Positions 40,387 through 50,268 of a DNA stretch of 64,000 nucleotides are shown here, piece by piece. The translations under genes and the position numbers were made by a program. This DNA comes from an uncultured Pseudomonadota bacterium (lineage in GTDB: Bacteria; Pseudomonadota; Gammaproteobacteria; Steroidobacterales; Steroidobacteraceae), in the NCBI GenBank assembly GCA_902826575.1, contig CADEFJ010000002.1, positions 34,771 through 98,770 on the forward strand, written 5' to 3'. Within the stretch, counting starts at the first letter, position 1. Each line of letters begins with the position of its first letter. The notes beneath the pieces were generated by a model that saw nothing but the letters and a program-made list of their open reading frames with translations, had not been told where the DNA came from and made no database searches.

Positions 40387-41119
40387 GCAGGAAGCGCGTG
40401 CCGCGGAATGACATCACGGCACCCGCCGGGGTGATCTCCTCGACGCGCACGCCCTCCGGCGTGGCGTCGCCCTCGCGCAGCCGCCGCATGTTGATCATGA
40501 CGAAGCGGTCGGTGGCGCGGCTGGCATACACGTGCAGGTCGAGGCGCAGGGGCGGCAGCTGGTTGCCGAGCGCGGGCGGCAGGCGATCGACGGTCGGAAC
40601 CATGTTGCGCTCCGCTGCCAGCACAGTGGCGCCCGGCCCGCCGTTCGCCGGCAGCGCCTGTTCGTAGTCGGCGGGATTGCCGCTGTAATCCGGCTGGACG
40701 GAGAAGGCATCGCCCGGCGCGATCGCGGCGCTCGAGGGCAGGCCTGACGGGTCGGTGGACGTGGGCGGTGGCAGCACGGGCACCGTGCCGGCGAGCGGCG
40801 CCGCGCTGGCCTGTGTCCCCCCCGCTCCGGTGGCCTGCAGCGGCGGGTTGGCGGGTGCGGGCGCAGCCGAAGGCGCCGGCGCGCCAGCCCCGGGCGCTGC
40901 GGCGGTGGGCGCAGGCGGTGGCGCCACTGCCGGCTGCGGCTCGCGCGCGACGAACCACGCAAGCGCCACGAGATTGACCAGCAACAACGCACCGAGCACC
41001 AGCGCCCAGATCGGCAGGCCGCTGCGCGGCGGCGCCTTGCGGATTTCGAACAGCGCAGGCCCGCTCTGGCGCTGGCGCTCGCTGTCGGATTTCTTCAGTG
41101 CATCGAGGATGAACGACAT
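40373..41119 (-). CDS. gspB: general secretion pathway protein B-like (GspB/ExeB)
   Basis: MSFILDALKKSDSERQ followed by a TM helix and a Pro/Ala-rich region is the GspB pattern. It sits 3 nt downstream of gspA. Confidence 0.7.
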   Translation of the reverse strand: MSFILDALKKSDSERQRQSGPALFEIRKAPPRSGLPIWALVLGALLLVNLVALAWFVAREPQPAVAPPPAPTAAAPGAGAPAPSAAPAPANPPLQATGAGGTQASAAPLAGTVPVLPPPTSTDPSGLPSSAAIAPGDAFSVQPDYSGNPADYEQALPANGGPGATVLAAERNMVPTVDRLPPALGNQLPPLRLDLHVYASRATDRFVMINMRRLREGDATPEGVRVEEITPAGAVMSFRGTRFLLEQD

Positions 41120-41122
41120 CGC

Positions 41123-42772
41123 TCAGCTCTCCCCGCGCGCGGCAGTGACCAGCCGCGGTGTGCCTGCCGCCGGCAGCGCGGCGTCGAGCGCGAGCTGCGT
41201 CTCTCGACCGGCGATGCCGTCGACATCGAGACGCCGCGCCCGCTGGAAATCCTCGACGAGGCGCACGAGCGACGCATCGTAGCGGTCATCCGGCACGGGC
41301 GCGGGGCTCAGGCCGGCGGCCCGTTCGAGGCTCTGGCGCAGCTGCAACACGCTGGCGCCGGACATCCCCGGCACCAGTGCCCGGACGGGCAGCGCAATGG
41401 GGCGCCACAAGAGCACGAAGTCCCCGAACCAGTAGCGGGCAAGATCAACGATGCCGACCGTATGCTCCTGGCCACCGATATCGAGCCGCGCCGTGTCATC
41501 GTCGAGCGCGGTAAGCACGACCTGGTGCGCGCCGCCCTGTTCGTCACCGAGCAGCAGCAACGCCGGGCGATTGTAGAAACGCAGTTGCGCGAACGAGCCA
41601 CGCTGCGCGACGCACTGCAGGCCCGCGAGTTCGACCTGCGCACAGGCATCGCCCGCGCCCGGCGTGAAGGCGACATTCCACCGGGCGAGCAGGCGGGAGT
41701 AGGCGGTCGCGGTGCTGGTGGCCTCGCCGCCCGCGCTGCCGAGGATCGAGCCGAGCGTCGGCAACGGAGGCGCCGGCGGCTCGGGCGCGATCGACGTTTC
41801 CGGTGTTGCCGCGACCGCGCCCGAAGCACCGGAGGCTGCGCCGGCCGCGTCCTGCGCGCTGCGATCGAGCACGCCGGACTGCCACAACGCGACCGCGGCG
41901 AGGGCCGCGACGAGTGCACCGCCGGCGCCGGCCGCCCACGGCAGCCAGCGCGGTGCGACGCGTCGGCCGAACACCTCGCTCGCCGAGTTGCGCACGATCG
42001 TCGCGGTGACGCGGTGGCGGTCCTGCGTGTACGCGCCGAGCAACGCGCGATCGCAGATCACGTTGATGAGTCGCGGAATGCCGCCCGACTGGCGATAGAC
42101 CTCGGCGAGCGCGCCGCCCGTGAAGATTTCGGTCGTGGCGCCCGCGACGCGCAGGCGATGCAGCACATAAGCGGACGCCTCGGTCGCCGACAGCGGATCG
42201 AGGTGATAGCGGCCGGTGATGCGCTGGGCGAGCTGGCGCAGCTCCGCCCGGGCCAGCATTTCGCGCAGTTCCGGCTGTCCGATCAGGATGATCTGCAGCA
42301 GCTTCTGCGTCGGCGTCTCGAGATTGGTCAGCAGCCGCACCTGCTCGAGCACGGTCGCGTCGAGGTTCTGCGCTTCGTCCACGAGCAGCACCACCCGGCG
42401 CCCTTCGGCATGCGCGCGCAGCAGATAGTGGTTCAGGATGTCGACGAGATCCTTGAGGCTCGCGACCGCCCGGTCGGGCAGCCCGATGCCGAGCTCTTCG
42501 CAGATCGTCAGCATGAACTCCGGCGCCGTCATGCGCGGATTCAGGATCAGCGCGACCTCGGCATTCTTCGGAATCTGGCCGAGGAGCGAGCGCACGATCG
42601 TGGTCTTGCCGGTGCCGACCTCGCCGGTGAGCTGCACGAAGCCGCCGGCCTCGCTGACGCCATAGAGCAGGTGAGCGAGCGCCTCCGCGTGGCGCTCGCT
42701 CAGGTAGAGATAGCGCGGGTCGGGGGTGATCGAGAACGGCTTCTCGTTGAGTCCGAAAAACGACAGGTACAT
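41123..42772 (-). CDS. gspA: ExeA/GspA-type AAA ATPase with C-terminal peptidoglycan-binding domain
   Basis: I trimmed the start to MYLSFFGLNEKPFSITPDPRYLY. It has Walker A GEVGTGKTT and a C-terminal PG_binding_1-like LDVDGIAGRETQLAL. Confidence 0.85.
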   Translation of the reverse strand: MYLSFFGLNEKPFSITPDPRYLYLSERHAEALAHLLYGVSEAGGFVQLTGEVGTGKTTIVRSLLGQIPKNAEVALILNPRMTAPEFMLTICEELGIGLPDRAVASLKDLVDILNHYLLRAHAEGRRVVLLVDEAQNLDATVLEQVRLLTNLETPTQKLLQIILIGQPELREMLARAELRQLAQRITGRYHLDPLSATEASAYVLHRLRVAGATTEIFTGGALAEVYRQSGGIPRLINVICDRALLGAYTQDRHRVTATIVRNSASEVFGRRVAPRWLPWAAGAGGALVAALAAVALWQSGVLDRSAQDAAGAASGASGAVAATPETSIAPEPPAPPLPTLGSILGSAGGEATSTATAYSRLLARWNVAFTPGAGDACAQVELAGLQCVAQRGSFAQLRFYNRPALLLLGDEQGGAHQVVLTALDDDTARLDIGGQEHTVGIVDLARYWFGDFVLLWRPIALPVRALVPGMSGASVLQLRQSLERAAGLSPAPVPDDRYDASLVRLVEDFQRARRLDVDGIAGRETQLALDAALPAAGTPRLVTAARGES

Positions 42773-42833
42773 CGCGCGGGTCTGTCGCCAGCTGCCCAGA
42801 ACAACCGCTGAGTATACGCGGGTGGCGGTCGCG

Positions 42834-44492
42834 TCAGCGCCGGCGCCGCTCTTCCTCGTACAGCGCCAGCTTCGAGAGCTTGCCGACCGGGGTTTTCGGC
42901 AGCTCGGCGCGCAGTTCGAGCGCGCGCACCATCTCGTGCCGGCCGACGCGCTCGGCGAGGAAGGCCTGCAGCGCCTCGAGCGCAAGCTCCGGCGCGCCGT
43001 CCTTCAGCTTGATGAACGCTTTCGGCGACTGCCCGCGGTACTCGTCCGCAACACCGATCACGCACACCTCGGCGACGTCGGGGTGGGCGTAGATCGCGTC
43101 CTCGATCACGCGCGGATAAACGTTGTAGCCGCCACAGAGCAGCATGTCCTTGCAGCGCTCGATGATGAACACGCAGCCGTCCTCGTCGATGCAGCCCACG
43201 TCGCCCGTGCGGAAGTAGCCGTCGGACGTCAGCGCCGCCGCAGTGGCTTCGAGCTGCTGCCAGTAACCGCGCATCACGTTCGGCCCGCGAATGCACAGCT
43301 CGCCGTACTCGCCCGGCGCGAGCTCGCGCGCGGCATCATTGGTGTCGATGACCTTCATGTCGATGCGCGGCAGCGGCAGGCCGCAGGACCCGGGCTTCTG
43401 CACGCCGTGGCGCGGCGTGAAGGTGCCGGCGGCAGTCGTCTCGCTCATGCCCCAGCCGTCGGTGACCTGTACGCCCGTGAGTTCCCGGAACTGCTCGACG
43501 ATCTCGAGCGCAAGCGGCGCGCCGCCGGAGCCGCAGTGCTTGAGCGATGACAGGTCGATCGGGTGCGCGCGCGCATGCGCCGCGAGTGCGAGGAACATGG
43601 TCGGCACGCCGAACATCACGGTGATGCGCTTCGCGGCGATGTCGCCGGCCACGGCGGCGACATCGAACTTCGGGTGCAGCACGAGTTCGGTGCCGACGCT
43701 GATGCCGAGGAACATGATCAGCTCGGCGTAGATATGAAACAGCGGCAGTACGAGCAGCATGCGCTCCTCGCCCGGCAGCATCGAGCGCGGTTCGCCCCGG
43801 GTGGTCTCGACGCACTGCGCGGCGGCCATTGAAATGTTGCCGTGGGTCAGCGAGGCGCCCTTCGGCGTGCCGGTGGTGCCGCCGGTGTACTGCAGCACCG
43901 CGATGTGCGTGGCGGGGTCCTCGATCGCGCATGGCCAGTAGCCGCCATCGTTGTCGAGCAGTTCGAGGAAGCGTACGTGCGCGGCATCGCGCGGCACTGC
44001 GCACTGCGCCGGGATGGGCAGCCCCGCGAAGTCGGCGAGGCCGCCGACGACCAGCTTCCCGAGGCGCGTGCGCGCGAGCAGGCTCTCGGCCTTCGGCAGC
44101 AGCACCTCGAGGTCGAGCGTGACCAGCACGTCGGTGCCGCTGTCCTCGATCTTGTGCGCGAGCGTGGCCTCGGCGTCGAGTGGCGAGTAATTGACGACGA
44201 TCGCGCCCGCCTTGAGCGCGCCGAAGAATGCGATCGGGTATTGCGGGCAATTCGGCAGGTAGAGCCCGACCCGATCACCGGGGCGCACGCCGAGTCGCTG
44301 CAGGCCCGCGGCGGCGCGATCCGCGAGCGAGTGCAGCTCGCGGTAACTCAGGCGGCGGGCGAAGAAGGCGATCGCCGGATGGTCGGGCCACTGCGCGACG
44401 GCCGCATCCAGCAGCTGCCAGGCCGGCGCGGGCTCGTCATCGATGGCCCAGCGCACATCGGCCGGGTACGACTTGAGCCATGGCCGCGACAT
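42834..44492 (-). CDS. long-chain-fatty-acid--CoA ligase (AMP-binding family)
   Basis: It has the AMP-binding motif LQYTGGTTGTPKGA and the C-terminal PKTPVGKL. Confidence 0.88.
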   Translation of the reverse strand: MSRPWLKSYPADVRWAIDDEPAPAWQLLDAAVAQWPDHPAIAFFARRLSYRELHSLADRAAAGLQRLGVRPGDRVGLYLPNCPQYPIAFFGALKAGAIVVNYSPLDAEATLAHKIEDSGTDVLVTLDLEVLLPKAESLLARTRLGKLVVGGLADFAGLPIPAQCAVPRDAAHVRFLELLDNDGGYWPCAIEDPATHIAVLQYTGGTTGTPKGASLTHGNISMAAAQCVETTRGEPRSMLPGEERMLLVLPLFHIYAELIMFLGISVGTELVLHPKFDVAAVAGDIAAKRITVMFGVPTMFLALAAHARAHPIDLSSLKHCGSGGAPLALEIVEQFRELTGVQVTDGWGMSETTAAGTFTPRHGVQKPGSCGLPLPRIDMKVIDTNDAARELAPGEYGELCIRGPNVMRGYWQQLEATAAALTSDGYFRTGDVGCIDEDGCVFIIERCKDMLLCGGYNVYPRVIEDAIYAHPDVAEVCVIGVADEYRGQSPKAFIKLKDGAPELALEALQAFLAERVGRHEMVRALELRAELPKTPVGKLSKLALYEEERRRR

Positions 44493-44495
44493 CGA

Positions 44496-45674
44496 TTACA
44501 CGACTTCGAACAGGCCCGCGGCGCCCATGCCGCCACCGATGCACATGGTTGCGACGACATACTTGACGCCGCGGCGCTTGCCCTCGATCAGCGCATGGCC
44601 GACGAGACGCGTGCCGGACACCCCATAGGGATGACCGACGGCGATCGCGCCACCGTTGACGTTCAGGCGCTCGTCGGGAATGCCGAGCTTGTCGCGGCAG
44701 TAGATGACCTGCACCGCGAACGCCTCGTTGAGCTCCCACAGGCCGATGTCGTCGACGCGCAGGCCCGCGCGCTCGAGCAGGCGCGGCACGGCGAATACCG
44801 GCCCGATGCCCATCTCATCGGGCTCGCAGCCCGCGATCGTGAAGCCGCGGAAGATGCCGAGGGGCTGGATGCCGCGCTTCTCGGCAAGGGTGGCGTCCAT
44901 CACCACGCACGCCGCGGCACCGTCCGAGAACTGGCTCGCGTTGCCCGCGGCGATCACGCCGCCGGGAATCGCCGGGCGGATCTTCGAGACGCCCTCGAAG
45001 GTCGTGTCGGGGCGGATGCCTTCGTCCTTCGATACCGTGACTTCGCGCGTGCCGAGCTGCTGCGTCTTCGGGTCGGCGTAGCCTGCGCTCACCGTGATCG
45101 GCACGATCTCCGCGTCGAACAGGCCGGCCGCCTGCGCGGCGGCCGCGCGCTGCTGGCTGCGCGCGCCGTACTCGTCCTGCCGCTCGCGCGAGATCGAATA
45201 GCGCTTGGCCACGTTCTCTGCGGTCTGCAGCATCGGCAGATAGAGGTCCGGTTTGTGCTCGGCGAGCCAGGGCTCGCGGATCATGTGTTTGTTCATCTCG
45301 TTCTGCACGCAGGAGATCGTCTCGACGCCGCCCGCGACGACGATCGGCGTCTTCTCGACGATGACGCGCGCGGCCGCCATCGCGATGCTCTGCAGCCCGG
45401 AGGAGCAGAAGCGGTTGATGGTGACGCCGCCAGTGCTCACCGGGCAGCCGGCGCGCAGTGCGGACTGGCGCGCGACGTTCATGCCGGTGGCGCCTTCCGG
45501 GTAGGCGCAGCCCATCAGTACGTCCTCGACTTCGGCCGGGTCGATGCCGGCGCGCGCGATGGCGTGCTGGACGACATGGCCGCCGAGCGTGGCGCCGTGC
45601 GTGATGTTGAAGCCGCCGCGCCAGGACTTGGCGAGCGGTGTGCGGGCGATCGAAACGATAACGGCATCGGTCAT
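44496..45674 (-). CDS. acetyl-CoA C-acyltransferase (thiolase)
   Basis: 392 aa. It has [10 protein letters not shown] (active-site Cys), NEAFA and the C-terminal CIGGGMG. Confidence 0.93.
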   Translation of the reverse strand: MTDAVIVSIARTPLAKSWRGGFNITHGATLGGHVVQHAIARAGIDPAEVEDVLMGCAYPEGATGMNVARQSALRAGCPVSTGGVTINRFCSSGLQSIAMAAARVIVEKTPIVVAGGVETISCVQNEMNKHMIREPWLAEHKPDLYLPMLQTAENVAKRYSISRERQDEYGARSQQRAAAAQAAGLFDAEIVPITVSAGYADPKTQQLGTREVTVSKDEGIRPDTTFEGVSKIRPAIPGGVIAAGNASQFSDGAAACVVMDATLAEKRGIQPLGIFRGFTIAGCEPDEMGIGPVFAVPRLLERAGLRVDDIGLWELNEAFAVQVIYCRDKLGIPDERLNVNGGAIAVGHPYGVSGTRLVGHALIEGKRRGVKYVVATMCIGGGMGAAGLFEVV

Positions 45675-45691
45675 TGCGGTATCCTAAGGAA

Positions 45692-47782
45692 TCAGCTGAA
45701 TGTCTTGCCGGCCGCGGCCAGCTTCGCGAGCGAGCGCGCCGGCTCCCAGGCTGCCGGGTCGCCGTGCTGGTTGCGCGCGAACTGCTTCATGCGCCGCACG
45801 ACCACGTCGAGGCCGACGGTATCGGCGTACAGCATCGGTCCGCCCCGGTGCGGCGGGAAGCCGTAACCGTTCAGGTACACCATGTCGATGTCGGAGGCGC
45901 GCAACGCGATGCCCTCCTCGAGGATCTTCGCGCCTTCGTTGACGAGCGCATACACGATGCGATCGACGATTTCCTCGTCGCTGATCGCACGGCGCTTCAG
46001 GCCGATTTCCTTCGAGTACTCGACGATCATCTGCTCGACGGCGGCCGAGGGCCGCGCGGTGCGATCGCCCGGCTTGTAGTCATACCAGCCGGCGCCGGTC
46101 TTCTGGCCAAAGCGGCCCTGCTCGCACAGCCGGTCGGCGATGCGCGAATAGGTGACGAGCGGCTTCTCGACGTAGCGGCGCTTCCTGATCGCCCAGCCGA
46201 TGTCGTTGCCGGCGAGGTCGCCGACCCGGAACGGCCCCATCGCAAAGCCGAACTTCTCCATCGCGGCGTCGACCTGTTTCGGCAGCGCGCCTTCCTCGAG
46301 CAAGAACAGCGTCTGGCGACCCATCTGCTCGAGCATGCGGTTGCCGATGAAGCCGTCGCACACGCCTGAGACCACCGCGATCTTGCGGATCTTCTTCGCG
46401 AGCTGCATCACGGTCGCGAGCACGTCGGGCGCGGTTTTCTCGCCGCGCACCACTTCCAGCAGGCGCATCACGTTGGCCGGACTGAAGAAGTGCGTGCCGA
46501 TCACGTCGCCGGGCCGCTTCGTGAAGGCGGCGATGCGATCGAGATCGAGCGTGGAGGTATTCGAGGCGAGGATCGCGCCGGACTTCATCACCGCATCGAG
46601 CTTCTCGAACACGGCTTGCTTGACGCCCATCTCCTCGAACACCGCCTCGATGACGATGTCGGCCTGCGCGATCGCCGCATAGTCGAGCACTGGCGTGATC
46701 AGCTGCATGCGTGACTCGACGTCCGCTTCCTTCATGCGGCCTTTCTTTACCGCGCCGCCGTAGTTCTTGCGGATCGTGTCGAGGCCACGGTCGAGCGCCT
46801 CCTGCTTCATCTCGAGCAGCGTGACCGGGATACCCGCATTGATGAAATTCATCGTGATGCCGCCGCCCATCGTGCCGGCGCCGATGACCGCCGCGCGCGC
46901 GACGGGACGGGTCGGCGTCGAGTCGGGCACGTCGGGAATCTTCGCCGCCGCGCGTTCGCCGAAGAAAATGTGGCGCAGCGCCTTCGACTCCGGGGTCAGC
47001 ATCAGCTCGTTGAACAGCCTGCGCTCGGTCACCATGCCCGCCTCGAACGGGGTGGTGGCCGCGGCGGTGACCGCCTCGACGCACTTGCGCGGCGCCGGCC
47101 ACGGCCCGGCCACGCTCTCGACGGTATTGCGCGCGAACATCAGGAAGCCCTCGAGATTCGCGTGCTTCACCTCGAGATCGCGCACGCGTTTCGGGGGACG
47201 CTTCTCCTTGATCAGGCGCGTGGCGAACCCGATCGCGCCCTCGCGCAGGTCGCCCTCGATGAGGTCATCGAGGGCTCCGGTGCCGGCGAGCGCTTTGGCG
47301 GGCACCACGCTGCCGGAGACGATCATGTTGAGCGCGGCCTCGAGGCCGAGCGCGCGCGGCAGGCGCTGCGTGCCGCCGGCGCCCGGCAGCAGGCCCAGCT
47401 TCACCTCGGGCAACGCGATCTGCGCGTCGGGCCTCGCCACGCGGTAGTGGCAGGCGAGCGCGAGCTCGAGACCGCCGCCCATGCACGAGCCGTGGATGGC
47501 CGCGACCACCGGTTTCGGGCTCGCCTCGTATGCGCCGACCAGGGTCAGCAGGTTCGGCGGCGCGTACGCCTTGGGCGTATTGAATTCGCGGATATCGGCA
47601 CCGGCCGAAAACGCGTTGCCCGAGCCGATCAGCACTATGGCCTTCACGCCGCGGGCGGTGAGCGCCTTGTCGAGCGCCTTCAGCAGCGCAGCACGCAGCG
47701 GCTGCCCGAGGCCGTTGACGGGCGGGCTGTCCATGGTGATTACGGCGACCTTGCCGTGTTTCTCGTATGTGGTCACGCCCAT
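45692..47782 (-). CDS. multifunctional enoyl-CoA hydratase / 3-hydroxyacyl-CoA dehydrogenase (FadB/FadJ-like)
   Basis: An N-terminal crotonase fold (GSGNAFSAGADIREF) is followed by the NAD motif AAVIGAGTMGGGI. I trimmed the start to the ATG at 47782. Confidence 0.92.
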   Translation of the reverse strand: MGVTTYEKHGKVAVITMDSPPVNGLGQPLRAALLKALDKALTARGVKAIVLIGSGNAFSAGADIREFNTPKAYAPPNLLTLVGAYEASPKPVVAAIHGSCMGGGLELALACHYRVARPDAQIALPEVKLGLLPGAGGTQRLPRALGLEAALNMIVSGSVVPAKALAGTGALDDLIEGDLREGAIGFATRLIKEKRPPKRVRDLEVKHANLEGFLMFARNTVESVAGPWPAPRKCVEAVTAAATTPFEAGMVTERRLFNELMLTPESKALRHIFFGERAAAKIPDVPDSTPTRPVARAAVIGAGTMGGGITMNFINAGIPVTLLEMKQEALDRGLDTIRKNYGGAVKKGRMKEADVESRMQLITPVLDYAAIAQADIVIEAVFEEMGVKQAVFEKLDAVMKSGAILASNTSTLDLDRIAAFTKRPGDVIGTHFFSPANVMRLLEVVRGEKTAPDVLATVMQLAKKIRKIAVVSGVCDGFIGNRMLEQMGRQTLFLLEEGALPKQVDAAMEKFGFAMGPFRVGDLAGNDIGWAIRKRRYVEKPLVTYSRIADRLCEQGRFGQKTGAGWYDYKPGDRTARPSAAVEQMIVEYSKEIGLKRRAISDEEIVDRIVYALVNEGAKILEEGIALRASDIDMVYLNGYGFPPHRGGPMLYADTVGLDVVVRRMKQFARNQHGDPAAWEPARSLAKLAAAGKTFS

Positions 47783-47968
47783 GCGCCGATACTCCCCGTC
47801 TTGCAGGCTGTCGAAGCAGCCGAGCGTACGGGTTGTCACCCGTCAGGATCAAATTTCCGATGATGCAATCGGTGCATGCATGACCATGTGCAATATTTAT
47901 TTGCGAGATGAACCGCCCGCTTCTACCCTGTCCCCAGGGTATCGGGAGGGGCGTCGCGCCAGCGAGAC

Positions 47969-49114
<1,146 letters not shown>

Positions 49115-49116
49115 CC

Positions 49117-50250
49117 TTGATCACCCTGACCGACGAGCAGCAACAGTTCCGCGACAGCCTGCAGCGCCTGCTGCGCACCGACTACAGTTTCGAGCGCCGG
49201 CGCGGGATTGCCGCGAGCGCGAGTGGCTGGAGCGAGGCGACCTGGGGTGCGCTTGCCGAACTCGGTGTACTCGCGCTGCCGCTGCCCGAGGCGCACGGCG
49301 GCTTTGGCGGCGGCGCGATGGATGTGCTCGTGGTGATGGAAGAGTGCGGCCGCGCGCTGCTGCTCGAACCCTATCTCGCCACCGTGGTGATGGGCGCGGG
49401 GCTCATCGCACGCACCGGCACCGAGGCGCAGCGCGCGGCCCTGCTGCCCGCGGTGGCCGCCGGGGAGCGCCGCCTGGCGCTGGCGCACTACGAGCCGGGC
49501 GGCCGCTACGCCCTCGATGCGCTGGCCACCGAGGCACGCCTGGCGGGCGAGGGCTGGGTCATTTCCGGCGAAAAAGCCCATGTGCTGCACGGGGCAACGG
49601 CCGACCAGCTGATCGTCTCGGCCCGGACGCCGCGCGGCGTGTCGCTGTTCCTCGTCGAGCGCGGCGCGCCGGGCCTCGAAGTGCACGATCATCCGCAGTA
49701 CGACGCGCAGCGGGCGGTCACGATCCGCCTCGCCGACGTGCGGGTCGGCGCCGGGGCGCTGCTCGGCGAGGAGGGTACCGCCACCGCCGCGATCGAGTAC
49801 ACGATCGACGCGGCCATCGCGGCGGTCTGTGCCGAGGCCGTCGGGGCGATGAGCGCGCTGCTCGAGGCGACCGGCCAGTACCTGAAGACCCGCAAGCAGT
49901 TCGGCGTGCCGATCGGCAGTTTCCAGGTGCTGCAGCACCGGATGGCGGACATGCTGCTCGAGACCGAAAAGGCGCGTTCGATGGCGCTGCTCGCTGCGAG
50001 CCGGCTGGCCGACGCGACACGCGACGAGCGGCGGCGTATCGTGTCGGCCGCCAAGGTCAAGGTCAGCGAAGCGGCGCGTTTCGTCGGACAGCAGGCCGTG
50101 CAGCTGCACGGCGGCATCGGCGTGACGGACGAGTTCGCCGTGGGCCACTATTTCAAACGCTTGACGATGATCGAGCTCGCCTTCGGCGATGTGGACTATC
50201 ATCTGGGCGAGGTTGGCAAGCGATTGTTCGGCGGAACAAGTACCCGATAA
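49117..50250 (+). CDS. acyl-CoA dehydrogenase family protein (second, divergent subunit)
   Basis: TTG start 2 nt after the previous stop. It has the ACAD fold pattern, but the C-terminal motif reads ELAFGDVDYHLG instead of ...SxEIQ... Confidence 0.85.
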   Translation: MITLTDEQQQFRDSLQRLLRTDYSFERRRGIAASASGWSEATWGALAELGVLALPLPEAHGGFGGGAMDVLVVMEECGRALLLEPYLATVVMGAGLIARTGTEAQRAALLPAVAAGERRLALAHYEPGGRYALDALATEARLAGEGWVISGEKAHVLHGATADQLIVSARTPRGVSLFLVERGAPGLEVHDHPQYDAQRAVTIRLADVRVGAGALLGEEGTATAAIEYTIDAAIAAVCAEAVGAMSALLEATGQYLKTRKQFGVPIGSFQVLQHRMADMLLETEKARSMALLAASRLADATRDERRRIVSAAKVKVSEAARFVGQQAVQLHGGIGVTDEFAVGHYFKRLTMIELAFGDVDYHLGEVGKRLFGGTSTR

Positions 50251-50268
50251 ACTACAAGGAGTAGAGAC

